Assembly (NCBI GenBank): GCA_963674695.2
Contig: CAXXGI010000003.1
Span: 64,001 to 128,000 of the forward strand
From: a bacterium
GTDB lineage: Bacteria > UBA10199 > 2-02-FULL-44-16 > JAAZCA01
Length of the DNA: 64,000 nt
Direction: 5' to 3'
Below, one piece after another: positions 10,467-20,579 of the stretch (position 1 is the first letter of the stretch; each line of letters opens with the position of its first letter). The position numbers and the translations under genes were made by a program. The notes under the pieces are model-generated. The model saw nothing but the letters and a program-made list of their open reading frames with translations, did not search any database and was not told the origin of the DNA.

Positions 10467-11503
10467 TTGGAGAAGAGGGCGGCCTGTCCCAGCTCCGCCG
10501 GTGGCGTGAGCCCAAAATGGGCCCAGGCGTGTGCCGTCGCGATACGGCCGCGCGGCGTGCGCTGGATATAGCCGCATTGAATGAGATACGGTTCATAGAC
10601 GTCTTCGATCGTGTCGGCCTCTTCGTGCACGGCCGAGGCGATGGTGTCCACTCCCACGGGGCCGCCGCCAAATTTTTCGATGATCGCCTTCAGAATCGTA
10701 CGGTCCATATGATCGAATCCGCGCTCGTCGATATCCAGGAGTTCGAGTGCCTCATTGGCGACGGTTCCATCGATATGTCCGGCCGCGCGCACCTGGGCAA
10801 AGTCGCGCACGCGGCGCAGCAGTCGGTTGGCAATGCGGGGCGTGCCGCGGGAACGGCGGGCGATCTCATGGGCTCCGCTCTCGTCGATGCTCACCGAAAG
10901 CTTTGCCGCCGAATGCGTAACGATAATACTCAGGTCGGCGGGCGGATAGTGTTCCAGGCGCGCGGTGACGCCGAAGCGATCGCGCAGCGGCGAGGTCAAT
11001 AGCCCCGCGCGCGTGGTTGCCCCGACCAGGGTAAAATGCGGGAGGTCGAGTTTCACCGTCTTGGCAGCAGGCCCTTGTCCGACGAGGATGTCGAGCGTGA
11101 AGTCCTCCATGGCGGGATAGAGGATCTCTTCGACGACGTGACTGAGCCGGTGAATTTCGTCGATGAAGAGGACGTCATGATCCTTGAGGTTGGTGAGGAT
11201 GGCGGCCAGATCGCCGGCGCGCTCGATGACCGGTCCAGACGTGGAGGTGATGCCCACGCGCATCTCCGTGGCGATGATGCCCGCGAGTGTGGTTTTGCCC
11301 AGCCCTGGTGGTCCGGAGAAGAGGACGTGATCGAGGTGTTCCTTGCGCTGCTGTGCGGCGTCGATGAAGAGTTTGAGCCGTTCCTTGACGGCGTGCTGGC
11401 CGATGTACTCTGCGAATGAACGGGGACGCAGACTCGCCTCGAGTCGGCGTTCCTCCTCCGGCAGGTCGCTTGAGCGCAGGATTTGGTTTTCTTGATCAGT
11501 CAT
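10463..11503 (-). CDS. ruvB: Holliday junction branch migration helicase RuvB
   Basis: [47 protein letters not shown]. Confidence 0.97.
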   Translation of the reverse strand: MTDQENQILRSSDLPEEERRLEASLRPRSFAEYIGQHAVKERLKLFIDAAQQRKEHLDHVLFSGPPGLGKTTLAGIIATEMRVGITSTSGPVIERAGDLAAILTNLKDHDVLFIDEIHRLSHVVEEILYPAMEDFTLDILVGQGPAAKTVKLDLPHFTLVGATTRAGLLTSPLRDRFGVTARLEHYPPADLSIIVTHSAAKLSVSIDESGAHEIARRSRGTPRIANRLLRRVRDFAQVRAAGHIDGTVANEALELLDIDERGFDHMDRTILKAIIEKFGGGPVGVDTIASAVHEEADTIEDVYEPYLIQCGYIQRTPRGRIATAHAWAHFGLTPPAELGQAALFSK

Positions 11504-11513
11504 TATAAGATCC

Positions 11514-11576
11514 GTGATTAGTGATTAGTGATGAGCAAGATCAAAACCAATCACCAATTACGAATCACCAATCACC
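11514..11576. repeat. Inverted heptamer tandem-repeat element
   Basis: GTGATTA GTGATTA GTGATGA ... AATCACC AATTACG AATCACC AATCACC. Confidence 0.8.
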
Positions 11577-11579
11577 GTT

Positions 11580-12176
11580 TTAAACCCGGCAGAGCTCCCG
11601 TAGGGCCCCGCGGATGGTGTCTTCGAGCGTCATCTTCTTCGAGGGATCGAGTTTATTCAAGGCCTTTTCGGCAACGGCACGCGGATAGCCGAGGTTGGTG
11701 AGCGCCGAAAGCGTGTCCTCGTCCTGCGCGCGGCAGGGCGATTTCGACGTTGGGTGAATCTGGTCGGACATCTCACGGGCGAGTCGATCCTTCAGTTCCA
11801 TGACGATGCGTTCAGCGGTCTTCTTGCCGACGCCCGGAATGGTGGCCAGGCGTGCCCGATCCTGCCCGGCGATGGCGGTGATGAGTTCCTGCGCGGGCAG
11901 TCCCGAGAGGATGGCCAGCGCCATCTTCGGGCCGACGCCGGAGACGCCGATGAGACGCCCGAAGAGATATTTCTCCTCGGGCGCGACAAATCCATAGAGG
12001 GCGATCTGATCTTCCCGGACATGCGTGTAGATGGTCAGACGCACCGGTTGGTCGACCTCCGGGATCGACTCGAAGCTCGTCAGCGAAATCTGAACATCAT
12101 AGCCGACACCATTCACGTCGATGGCGACGCGATGGGGGGCCTTTTCGATGACGATGCCGGACAGATGCGCAATCAT
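11580..12176 (-). CDS. ruvA: Holliday junction DNA-binding protein RuvA
   Basis: MIAHLSG, VNGVGY, HVRED..LYGF, GVGPKMAL, GVGKKTAERI. Confidence 0.96.
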   Translation of the reverse strand: MIAHLSGIVIEKAPHRVAIDVNGVGYDVQISLTSFESIPEVDQPVRLTIYTHVREDQIALYGFVAPEEKYLFGRLIGVSGVGPKMALAILSGLPAQELITAIAGQDRARLATIPGVGKKTAERIVMELKDRLAREMSDQIHPTSKSPCRAQDEDTLSALTNLGYPRAVAEKALNKLDPSKKMTLEDTIRGALRELCRV

Positions 12177-12186
12177 AATGTCCTCG

Positions 12187-12262
12187 AGCGTAGAGTGTTT
12201 AGCGTATAGCGTTTATAACATCATGGTTTTCTACCCGCTAAACGCTCGACGCTATCCGCTAT
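12187..12262. repeat. Inverted heptamer tandem-repeat element (AGCGTAG type) overlapping the ruvC 3' end
   Basis: AGCGTAG AGTGTTT AGCGTAT AGCGTTT / CCGCTAA ACGCTCG ACGCTAT CCGCTAT; homolog at 48211-48323. Confidence 0.8.
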
Positions 12263-12739
12263 TCTTTTCTGCAATGGGGCGCATTGTCCGTGGCACATGG
12301 CCACGGCCAAGGCGTCGGAGGCATCTTCGAAGGCCTCCTCGGGCAGTCGCAGCATTGCCCGCACCATGTGTTGGATCTGGGCCTTCGACGCGCGTCCCGT
12401 GCCGGTGACCGCCTGTTTGACCTCGGTGGGCGAGTATTCCGCCACCGGGAGACCGGCGTTTGCTGCGGCCAGAAGGGCTACGCCGCGAGCATGACCTAAC
12501 AGCAGCGAGCTGCGCACATTGCGCGCGACAAACAGGCTCTCCACGGCGACGGCCTCGGGCTGGAAGCGTTCGATGATGCGCGCGAGCTCCGTCGCGATGG
12601 TCTGAAGCCGTTGCGGCAAGGGCAGCTTCTTCCGTGGCTGGATGCCGCCGTTGTCGACATGGTGTACCTGTCCATTCCGCTCTTCGATGATTCCGTAGCC
12701 GGTGATGATGGTGCCGGGATCGATTCCGAGAATGCGCAT
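12221..12739 (-). CDS. ruvC: Crossover junction endonuclease RuvC
   Basis: MRILGIDPG, VAVE, GHARGV, DASDALAVA. Confidence 0.96.
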   Translation of the reverse strand: MRILGIDPGTIITGYGIIEERNGQVHHVDNGGIQPRKKLPLPQRLQTIATELARIIERFQPEAVAVESLFVARNVRSSLLLGHARGVALLAAANAGLPVAEYSPTEVKQAVTGTGRASKAQIQHMVRAMLRLPEEAFEDASDALAVAMCHGQCAPLQKRIADSVERLAGRKP

Positions 12740-12764
12740 AGTTGCTTGGTACGTTGGTACGTTG

Positions 12765-13511
12765 TCAGAGCAGTTTTTCCATCGTCTGTGTGTCGATGTC
12801 GAAGTTGGCGTAGACGTTTTGGACGTCGTCGTGATCTTCGAGGGTATCCATGAGCCTGAGCATCTTTCCGGCTTGATCGCCCTCGAGACGAACCGTGTTC
12901 TGTGGGATCATCGAAATTTCAGCTTCGAGATAGGAGATGTTGTTGTCATCGCAGGCCTTCTTGACCGCTTCGAACGAGGAGGGCTCGGTCTTGACCGTGA
13001 AGGTGTCTTCCTCATTGATGATGTCCTCGGCCCCCGCTTCGAGGGCGACTTCCATCAGGGTTTCTTCGCTGACGGTTTTTTTGTCGAAGGTGAGGATGCC
13101 GTGTTTGGAGAAGATCCAGGAGACGCAGCCGGTTTCGCCGAGGTTTCCGCCCATCTTTGAAAAGATGTGACGGATGTCGGCGACGGTGCGGTTGCGGTTG
13201 TCCGTGACGGTTTCCACCATGACAGCGACACCGCCCGTGCCATATCCCTCGAAGTTCACCTCTTCAAAGGAGACGCCTTCCAGTTCACCGGTGCCACGCT
13301 TGATGGCCCGGGTGACATTATCATTGGGCATATTGGCTGACCGCGCCTTGTCGAGAACGGTGCGAAGTCGGGGGTTGCAATCCGGATCACCACCCCCGTC
13401 GCGTGCGGCAATGGTGATTTCCTTGATGAGTTTGGAGAAGATTTTCCCTCTTTTGGCATCTGCTGCCCCCTTCTTGTGTTTGATCGATGACCATTTATTG
13501 TGACCCGACAT
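12765..13511 (-). CDS. yebC: YebC/PmpR family protein
   Basis: [35 protein letters not shown]. Confidence 0.95.
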   Translation of the reverse strand: MSGHNKWSSIKHKKGAADAKRGKIFSKLIKEITIAARDGGGDPDCNPRLRTVLDKARSANMPNDNVTRAIKRGTGELEGVSFEEVNFEGYGTGGVAVMVETVTDNRNRTVADIRHIFSKMGGNLGETGCVSWIFSKHGILTFDKKTVSEETLMEVALEAGAEDIINEEDTFTVKTEPSSFEAVKKACDDNNISYLEAEISMIPQNTVRLEGDQAGKMLRLMDTLEDHDDVQNVYANFDIDTQTMEKLL

Positions 13512-13629
13512 AGAATGTGTTCCTCCCGAAAAAAGGGTAGTGGGGGCCACGTCCGCAGGGGGAGCAGCCCCGAATAGGGAGTGATGAACCTAGCAGATAT
13601 GAATGCTGGATGTAAAGGGGGAGAAACGC

Positions 13630-14736
13630 CTACCCGGCGGCATTTGAGGGCGCTGTTGTCCGATTTGAGGGGGCCTTGAGGTACATCTCGAAGTCGGCCG
13701 GGTTGATGCATTGCCGAAGGGCATCCTCCTCCAGGATGAGGTTGTTCCGGACGAGATCGGCCAGGGCTTGGTCCATCATGATCATACCTGTCTGTTGTTG
13801 CCCCATCTGCATCTGAGCCCCGATCTGATGGGTTTTTCCCTCGCGGATCAGGTTGCGCAGTCCGGAATCGGGAAGCATGATCTCCATGGCGAGGACGCGG
13901 CCGCCCCCCCTTTTTGGCAGGAGCTGTTGGCAGAAGATCCCTTCCAAGACGAACGCCAGCTGTGTGCGTATCTGCGGCTGTTGGTGGGGGGGGAAGACGT
14001 CGATGATGCGGTCGATGGTCTGTGCCGCCGAGTTCGTGTGCAGGGTGGCAAAGACCAGATGGCCCGTCTCCGCGACGGTGATCGCGTTCTGGATCGTCTC
14101 CAGGTCGCGCATCTCGCCGATGAGGACGACGTCGGGATCCTGGCGCAGGATGTATTTGAGGGCGCGCTGGAAACTCAGCGTGTCGCGTCCGACCTCGCGC
14201 TGGTGGATCAGGGACTTTTCCTGATCATAGATATATTCGATTGGATCTTCGACGGTGATGATGTGTTCGCTGCGCAATTTGTTGATATGGTTGAGCAAGG
14301 AAGCCAGCGTGGTCGATTTTCCGGTTCCGGTCTGACCGGTCACCAATACCAGCCCGCGCGGTTTTTCCGTGATGGGGATGATGAGCGGGGGCAGTCCCAG
14401 CTCGGTGGGTGTAGGAATCTTATAGGGGATCATGCGGAAGGCGCCAGCGACACAGTCCATGGCCCAGAAAATATTTCCGCGAAATCGGGCGAGGTTGTTC
14501 GTTCCAAAGGAGAAGGAGAGGTCGATGGATCGCTCCGCCTCGAGCTTCATGATCTGTTCCTGGTTGAGACATTCGTAGCAGAGCGTCTGGGTCTCCTCGG
14601 CGGTGAGTTTGCTGTCTCCGATGGGGACGAGTTTGCCGTCGATGCGTGCCTGGGGAGGGAGTCCCGCGTTCATGTGGAGATCGCTCGCGTTGTGTTCGAC
14701 GATGAATCCGAGCAGTTCCTTCAGAGTGATCGGCAT
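13630..14736 (-). CDS. pilT: Type IV pilus retraction ATPase PilT family
   Basis: ASDLH, GQTGTGKSTT, RQDPDVVLIGEMRD, ETGHLVFATLHT, LRNLIREGKTHQI. Confidence 0.9.
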   Translation of the reverse strand: MPITLKELLGFIVEHNASDLHMNAGLPPQARIDGKLVPIGDSKLTAEETQTLCYECLNQEQIMKLEAERSIDLSFSFGTNNLARFRGNIFWAMDCVAGAFRMIPYKIPTPTELGLPPLIIPITEKPRGLVLVTGQTGTGKSTTLASLLNHINKLRSEHIITVEDPIEYIYDQEKSLIHQREVGRDTLSFQRALKYILRQDPDVVLIGEMRDLETIQNAITVAETGHLVFATLHTNSAAQTIDRIIDVFPPHQQPQIRTQLAFVLEGIFCQQLLPKRGGGRVLAMEIMLPDSGLRNLIREGKTHQIGAQMQMGQQQTGMIMMDQALADLVRNNLILEEDALRQCINPADFEMYLKAPSNRTTAPSNAAG

Positions 14737-14817
14737 ATTCGGCTCCTCTCGATTGATCGACCACATCTGTATCAGATTCCCCGTTCGAATTCAGTCAAAT
14801 TCGGCAAGCACAAGAGG

Positions 14818-14961
14818 CATGGTGCCTCCCGGGGAATATCGAAACCATTTTTCCGATGACCCTGTAAAAATGGCTTCGCTCTTCCCCTCGCGGCACGACG
14901 GCCATGGTGCCTCCCGGGGGGGAAGGCCGTGATCCGTGACTCGTGATCCGTGATCCGAAGA
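14818..14961. repeat. Composite repeat: REP-like hairpin, 17 bp direct repeat and CCGTGAT heptamers
   Basis: CATGGTGCCTCCCGGGG at 14818 and 14903; stem CGAAACCATTTTT / AAAAATGGCTTCG; CCGTGAT CCGTGAC TCGTGAT CCGTGAT from 14927. Confidence 0.7.
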
Positions 14962-14997
14962 TCATGATCGAAAATTGAAATTCCGATGGGGCAGGTG

Positions 14998-16644
14998 TTA
15001 CAGGCCGTCGCTGATCGAGTCGTGCTGTTTGTCGGGGGCGGGTTCCTTTTTCCCGAAGGTGCGATTCATCATCTCGATGAGGGGGTTTTGCTTGAGTTCG
15101 AACCGGTCGATGATGGTGCGGAAGCGGGGGGTGTTGCGGACATAGACGATGCCGTCATCCTGCATGTAGACGAGTCGCCATTTCGGATCGCGCCAGAGGT
15201 GTTCGTGAACATAGCGGAGGTCCCAAGAGGGGATGGTCTTGAAGACGAGATAGTCGAAATGGTAGCGATCGTCCAGTTGCTGAAAGTTTCGGGAGCTTCG
15301 AACGAAGTCGGTGTAGCGATCATAGAACCGATCGCCGTAGACCGGGGTGCGCCCGTCGATGAAAACGCGTTCTTGCGGCCATCGACGGAAGATCAGGTAT
15401 CCCCCCAGCCCCATCTCATTGAAGACGTTTCCGGTGATCTGATTCTCCTCCAGAAAATCGACCATGCGCGTCGGGGCGCTGTAGATCGAGGTGCCGAATC
15501 CGATCGGTTCATGCATGCGCCCGCCCAACGATGCCGGAACGCCATAGAGGATCGTGAGCAGCGAGAGCTCCATCACGACTGCCAGCGCCAGCCACGTGGG
15601 CCGGTTGCCCCAACGGCGCAGTCGACTCAGGTGCGGGCCCAGGGCCTCATGCAGGTTGAGCCACATGAGCGGCAGATTGATGATGAGAAATTGAGGGGTG
15701 AAGCGCTTGGCCTTGGCGATGAGCATGCAGGTCAGCAGCGTGAGCAGCAGGTGGCTGAGCGGCACGCGACGCGCGTTGATCAGATAGGAGATGAGCGTTC
15801 CCACCAGCATCGCCCGGAAGAGGATGTGGGAGATGACATCATCGACGCGGGCATCGAGCGTGGGAAACCACTCATGCGTAAAGGTGAGGATGGCCTGCAT
15901 GTGCAGGTGTTCGAGCGGGAAGGTGAAGATATTCACCCCCCAGGGGTTGATCAAACAGGCGATGATACACAGGAGCGTGATCACCCAGAGGTGCACGCGC
16001 TGCGATCGATCCAGCCGTGGGGCGGGGGCCCATCCGCGTGCGGCCAGGCGTGATTGGATGGCCTCCCCCAGGGCATAGACGAAGAGGAGTTGGGGGCCGA
16101 TGATGCCGCCGCCATGGAGGTTGATCCAGATGATCGTGAGGGGAGGGAGGAACCAGAGTCGGCGCAGGCGGCCGGCGGCGAACGCATGCAGGCAGAGGGC
16201 GAAGAGGGCGAAGAAGAACAGGGTGAAGAGAAAGGGTCGGCACATGATGCGGTCCATGATGCCGATGAGGAGCACAAAGGTTCCCAGGAGCGCGGACCCC
16301 AGCGGGATGTTGAGGATGCGAAAGGTGCGAAAGGCGACCCAGGCGATGCCCGCGGTGAGCGTCCCCTTCAGGAGCGTAAGGGTCGCGATGCCTCCGGCGG
16401 AAAAGAGGGCCCAGGCGATGACTTCGAAGAGCCATTCGTGGTTGGTCCAGGGGGCGCCGGGGGCGGTATAGGAGAAGAGGTCGACCTGGGGGATCTGCCC
16501 CCCCCTCCAGATCACCTCGCCGGTCTTGAGGTGCCACCAGATATCGAGGTTGATGACCTGGGTGAACCCCAGGGCGATGATGATGCCGGCCAGCGCCAGC
16601 ACGCAGAGCAAGGGGGAGGGACGTTGATCAAAGAATGAGGGCAC
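14998..16644 (-). CDS. Polytopic membrane protein, putative GT-C-type glycosyltransferase
   Basis: 548 aa, many TM segments; DIWWHLKTG..DLFSYT..W.NHEWL after TM1, WINLHGG, C-terminal GGYLI..VFIDGR..Y; function inferred. Confidence 0.6.
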   Translation of the reverse strand: MPSFFDQRPSPLLCVLALAGIIIALGFTQVINLDIWWHLKTGEVIWRGGQIPQVDLFSYTAPGAPWTNHEWLFEVIAWALFSAGGIATLTLLKGTLTAGIAWVAFRTFRILNIPLGSALLGTFVLLIGIMDRIMCRPFLFTLFFFALFALCLHAFAAGRLRRLWFLPPLTIIWINLHGGGIIGPQLLFVYALGEAIQSRLAARGWAPAPRLDRSQRVHLWVITLLCIIACLINPWGVNIFTFPLEHLHMQAILTFTHEWFPTLDARVDDVISHILFRAMLVGTLISYLINARRVPLSHLLLTLLTCMLIAKAKRFTPQFLIINLPLMWLNLHEALGPHLSRLRRWGNRPTWLALAVVMELSLLTILYGVPASLGGRMHEPIGFGTSIYSAPTRMVDFLEENQITGNVFNEMGLGGYLIFRRWPQERVFIDGRTPVYGDRFYDRYTDFVRSSRNFQQLDDRYHFDYLVFKTIPSWDLRYVHEHLWRDPKWRLVYMQDDGIVYVRNTPRFRTIIDRFELKQNPLIEMMNRTFGKKEPAPDKQHDSISDGL

Positions 16645-16703
16645 GGATAGCCTTGTAGCACACCGATTTCGGAAACGCTACCATGCGCAACGCAGCAGTC
16701 GCA

Positions 16704-16732
16704 TTGACCTGGCGCAAATCCCTTGATACATT
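16704..16732 (+). promoter_or_regulatory. Candidate sigma70 promoter for the pilus operon
   Basis: TTGACC-N17-TACATT upstream of ATG 16761. Confidence 0.4.
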
Positions 16733-16760
16733 AGATGCCTATCCGTATGGGGGGAAGTTC

Positions 16761-18455
16761 ATGGCGCAGGTCAGTTTTCAGGTTTTGGACAACATCGGGC
16801 AGGAGCTTGTCGAAGCGGAGCTCATCAGCGCTGATCAACTCGCGGTGGCCCAGGAGACCCAGAAGAATCTGGGCGGAGATCTCGGGCACATTCTTATCAA
16901 GAAGGGGTTTATCACCGAGGAGCAGGTGCTCGAATTCCTGAGCCAGCGCCTCAATATCCCCTTCGTCTCCCTCAAAGACTACACGATCGATCCGGATGTC
17001 ACCAAGCATGTGCCGGTGAGCCTGGCCAAGAAATATCACTTCATGCCGCTCTTCCGAATCGAAGATACGCTCACGGTCGCCATGGCCGATCCGCTCGATG
17101 TCTTTGCCATCGATGAGCTGCGCGTCGCGCTCAAGTGTCAGATTCAGCCGGTGTTGGCCTCCGCTACCGAGATCGAGCGCTTGGTCGGCGAAAACTACCG
17201 CATTATCGATCCCGCTGAGCCCTCCACCGAAGAGGTTGAGATCATTTCCTTCGGGCCGGAGTCTGCGGAGGACGTGGCCGATCGCCTGCGGGAGATGGCC
17301 TCCGGAGCGAAGGTCGTCTCGGAGGTGAATCGCATCCTGCGCAGTGCGGTCAACGAGGGGGCCAGCGATATTCACATCGAGCCGATGGAGCGTTCGGTCA
17401 AGGTGCGCAATCGTATCGACGGCGTGCTCGAGGAGCGCATCATTCTTTCGAAGCAGATGCATCTGCCGATCGTCACCCGCATCAAGATCATCGCCGATAT
17501 GGATATCGCCGAACGGCGCGTTCCCCAGGACGGGCGTGTGCGCATCAAGATGCAGGGCACGGCCCTCGATCTTCGCTTGTCCACCTATCCCACGATGCAC
17601 GGGGAGAAGGTCGTGATTCGTATCCTCAACCGGGAGAAGAATATCGGCCTGGAACAGCTGGGCTTAAAAGAGGACGAACGCGCCACCTTTGAGCGGATCA
17701 TCTCACGGCCACACGGTATCTTTCTCGTGAGCGGCCCCACCGGTTCCGGTAAGACGACCACGCTCTATGCGGCGTTGCAGCGGATCAATTCGCAGGATCG
17801 CAATATCGTCTCCATCGAGGACCCGATCGAAAACGAGATCGTCGGCGTCAACCAGGCGCAGGTCAATACCAAGGCCGGCATGACGTTTGCTTCCGCACTG
17901 CGTTCCATCCTGCGCCAGGATCCGGACGTGATCATGGTCGGTGAAATTCGTGACAGCGAGACGGCTGAGATCGCCGTGCGCGCGGCGATCACTGGCCATT
18001 TGGTCTTTTCCACCATTCACACCAATACGGCCATGGGCGCGGTCTCCCGCCTGGAGAACCTCGGGGTCGAATCGTTTATGGTGGCGTCCGGCATCATCGG
18101 CGTCATGTCACAGCGTCTCGTACGGCGCATCTGTAGTCACTGTAGTCGGCGTGTCGAGCCGGACGAGGTGAAGCTGGCGTCGCTCGATCTGCCGCTGGAT
18201 ACCGTCGTCTACCGAGGGCGTGGGTGCAAACACTGTCGCATGACCGGTTATTCGGGGCGCATCGGCTTGTTCGAAATCGTGCCGATGACGGCGGATCTTC
18301 GCAAATTGATCGTCAAAGGGGTGAACGAGGATGCGCTGGCAGGAGAAGAACGCAAGATGGGCATTCTCGATATGCGCGAGCAGGGGCGTCAGCGTTTGCG
18401 CGAAGGGGTGACGACGGTGGATGAGGTGTTGCGCGCGACGGAAGAACGCGACTGA
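16761..18455 (+). CDS. PilB/MshE-type pilus assembly ATPase with MshEN-like N-terminus
   Basis: IG..LV...LIS..QL..Q / LGHILIKKGFIT; ASDIHIEP; GPTGSGKTTT; RQDPD; CxxC..CxxC. Confidence 0.9.
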   Translation: MAQVSFQVLDNIGQELVEAELISADQLAVAQETQKNLGGDLGHILIKKGFITEEQVLEFLSQRLNIPFVSLKDYTIDPDVTKHVPVSLAKKYHFMPLFRIEDTLTVAMADPLDVFAIDELRVALKCQIQPVLASATEIERLVGENYRIIDPAEPSTEEVEIISFGPESAEDVADRLREMASGAKVVSEVNRILRSAVNEGASDIHIEPMERSVKVRNRIDGVLEERIILSKQMHLPIVTRIKIIADMDIAERRVPQDGRVRIKMQGTALDLRLSTYPTMHGEKVVIRILNREKNIGLEQLGLKEDERATFERIISRPHGIFLVSGPTGSGKTTTLYAALQRINSQDRNIVSIEDPIENEIVGVNQAQVNTKAGMTFASALRSILRQDPDVIMVGEIRDSETAEIAVRAAITGHLVFSTIHTNTAMGAVSRLENLGVESFMVASGIIGVMSQRLVRRICSHCSRRVEPDEVKLASLDLPLDTVVYRGRGCKHCRMTGYSGRIGLFEIVPMTADLRKLIVKGVNEDALAGEERKMGILDMREQGRQRLREGVTTVDEVLRATEERD

Positions 18456-18469
18456 GGGGAGAGCTGAAC

Positions 18470-19690
18470 ATGGCAACTTTTTATTATCGGGCTCGGGATA
18501 AGGATGGAACCCTTGTCAGTGGAGAGATCGAAGCTGTCTCCGCCGATGAGCTCAAGGACGGTCTGTTCGGCGAAGGCATGGTGCCGCTTGAAGTGCGGGA
18601 GGTGCATGCCGGATCGATTTCACTCAAGTCGATCGGCGATTTCTTCAAGCGCGTGAGGCGCGAGGATCTCATGATCTTCACGCGGCAGTTCTACACGCTT
18701 TTCAAAGCCGGCGTCAGCATGGACACGATCCTGGGGACCATGGTCAAGCAGGTCAAAGCCGGGTCGCTCAAGAATGCGCTGGTGCGGATACGGGCCGACA
18801 TCGCCAGCGGGGCAACGCTGGCTCAGGCATTTGGGCGTCATCCGCGCATCTTCGACGAACTCTATGTCTCTTTGCTCAGTGCGGGCGAGGAGGCTGGTGT
18901 TCTGGAAGAGGTGTTGGCGCACCTCTCGGATTTGCTGCAAAAGGATTATGAAATTCAGAAGAGTGTGAAAGGGGCGACCCTCTATCCCAAGATTGTCATC
19001 GTGGTGCTCATCTTTGCCATCGCCTTCCTCATGACGTTTGTGATCCCGAGATTTGTCGAATTCTATGCGCGTTTCGGAGCGGATCTCCCGTTGCCGACGC
19101 GCATTCTGATCGGTGTGAGCAGTTTCTTTCGCAACTATTGGTACGTCGTGCTCGGTTCGGTCATCGTCCTGTTCTATGCCTTTCACAGTTTTTATCGAAC
19201 CAAGGTTGGACGCCTCAAAATCGACCGGATGCGCTTTCGCATGCCGATCTTCGGCCCGCTCAATCAGAAGGTGGCCTGTGCCCGGTTCGGTCATATCCTT
19301 TCATCCCTCTATCGCAGCGGTTTGGCCATGCCGCGAAGCCTCGAGGTGGTGGCGAACGTGATCGGAAATCTCGCCTTCGCGCTCGAGGTCGAGAAGGTGC
19401 GTGATGAAATTCAGAAGGGCTCGACGCTCTCCGAGGCATTGGGTCGACAGACGTATTTCCCCCCCGTTATCGTCGAAACGACGGCGGTGGGGGAGCGCGC
19501 CGGTGCGCTGGGGGATATGTTGTCGACGGTTTCGGATCACTATGATATGGAAGTGCAGCATACGATTAAGAATCTGACGACGCTTTTAGAGCCGATCATG
19601 TTGATCTTTATTTTCTCCGTTGTGGCGCTCCTGGCGTTGGCTATTTTTCTCCCGATCTGGAATATGTCGACGGTGGTCAGCGGTGGATAA
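18470..19690 (+). CDS. PilC/MshG-type platform protein
   Basis: F.YRARD..G, FTRQFYTL, GEEAG.L, LYP, LLEPIM. Confidence 0.9.
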   Translation: MATFYYRARDKDGTLVSGEIEAVSADELKDGLFGEGMVPLEVREVHAGSISLKSIGDFFKRVRREDLMIFTRQFYTLFKAGVSMDTILGTMVKQVKAGSLKNALVRIRADIASGATLAQAFGRHPRIFDELYVSLLSAGEEAGVLEEVLAHLSDLLQKDYEIQKSVKGATLYPKIVIVVLIFAIAFLMTFVIPRFVEFYARFGADLPLPTRILIGVSSFFRNYWYVVLGSVIVLFYAFHSFYRTKVGRLKIDRMRFRMPIFGPLNQKVACARFGHILSSLYRSGLAMPRSLEVVANVIGNLAFALEVEKVRDEIQKGSTLSEALGRQTYFPPVIVETTAVGERAGALGDMLSTVSDHYDMEVQHTIKNLTTLLEPIMLIFIFSVVALLALAIFLPIWNMSTVVSGG

Positions 19691-19715
19691 TCGATGATAA
19701 GGATTGGTGTTCAGC

Positions 19716-20081
19716 ATGCAGCATAAGCGTTCGACCTATGAAATCGTTTTGGTCTCCCTCGTCGTCCTGCTCTCAGTGGCCTTGGCCATGGGGCTCTATG
19801 CCCAGCGAGCGAAGATGCGCAAAAATGCGGTTCTCCTGGAGGAGCTGGCGCTGTTGCGCAACGGGGTCATGCTGCATCGGTTGGTGAACAAGGCGCTTCC
19901 GCCATCGCTTTCGGAATTGGCCGGGGGGACCTACGATGTAGAGGGGACCCCGCACTCCTATCTCCAACGCGTTCCCCCGCGTCGTGACGGGGCGTTCATC
20001 GATCCATTCGGGAACTTCTATCGATATGATGTGCGGTCCGGCTGGATCCATTCGACGACGCCGGGGTGCGAGCGCTGGTAG
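19716..20081 (+). CDS. Small pilin-like protein with non-canonical leader
   Basis: N-terminal TM, P.SLSEL, DPFGN.Y.Y...GW.HS.T.G...W; paralog of the next ORF. Confidence 0.65.
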   Translation: MQHKRSTYEIVLVSLVVLLSVALAMGLYAQRAKMRKNAVLLEELALLRNGVMLHRLVNKALPPSLSELAGGTYDVEGTPHSYLQRVPPRRDGAFIDPFGNFYRYDVRSGWIHSTTPGCERW

Positions 20082-20123
20082 GGTTCGGACAGCTCAATAC
20101 GAAACCGTTTGAAGGAGGCTTTC

Positions 20124-20486
20124 ATGAATCGCAATGCGGAACGGATCATCCTGGTCGCAGTCGCGGTCGTCACCTTTCTGGCGATGGCGGCGTCGATCAC
20201 CTTTGAACGGCGTATTTCGAACCAGAGGGTGATGCAGTATCAATTGCAGGCGCTGCGTGGGTCGGTGGCGCTCTTCAAGGCGATCAATGGTCGAAATCCG
20301 AAGAGCTTGAATGAACTGGTGCTGACTCAATTTCAGTTTCCCGGCGAGGAGACGAAGCATCGCTATCTCGACGATCCCCCGCTCGATCGGGAGGGGCGCG
20401 TAGTCGATCCCTTTGGCATGCCGTATGCCTATGAGGTGAATAAGGGATGGGTGCACAGTGATACCAAGGGGTATGGGTATTGGTAG
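20124..20486 (+). CDS. Small pilin-like protein with non-canonical leader
   Basis: GGAGG RBS; N-terminal TM, P.SLNEL, DPFGM.Y.Y...GW.HS.T.G...W. Confidence 0.65.
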   Translation: MNRNAERIILVAVAVVTFLAMAASITFERRISNQRVMQYQLQALRGSVALFKAINGRNPKSLNELVLTQFQFPGEETKHRYLDDPPLDREGRVVDPFGMPYAYEVNKGWVHSDTKGYGYW

Positions 20487-20579
20487 TATTGGTGGTATGC
20501 GGTCTCAGCAAGGGTGAGAGGAAAATGATGATACTTCATGAGCGGTTAGATTGTTGTTGGGATCGCGCTTTATTTTTTG

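Noticed and set aside
16710-16727. Sigma54 promoter (TGGCGC...TTGA)
   Set aside because: The -12 GC element is absent at the required spacing
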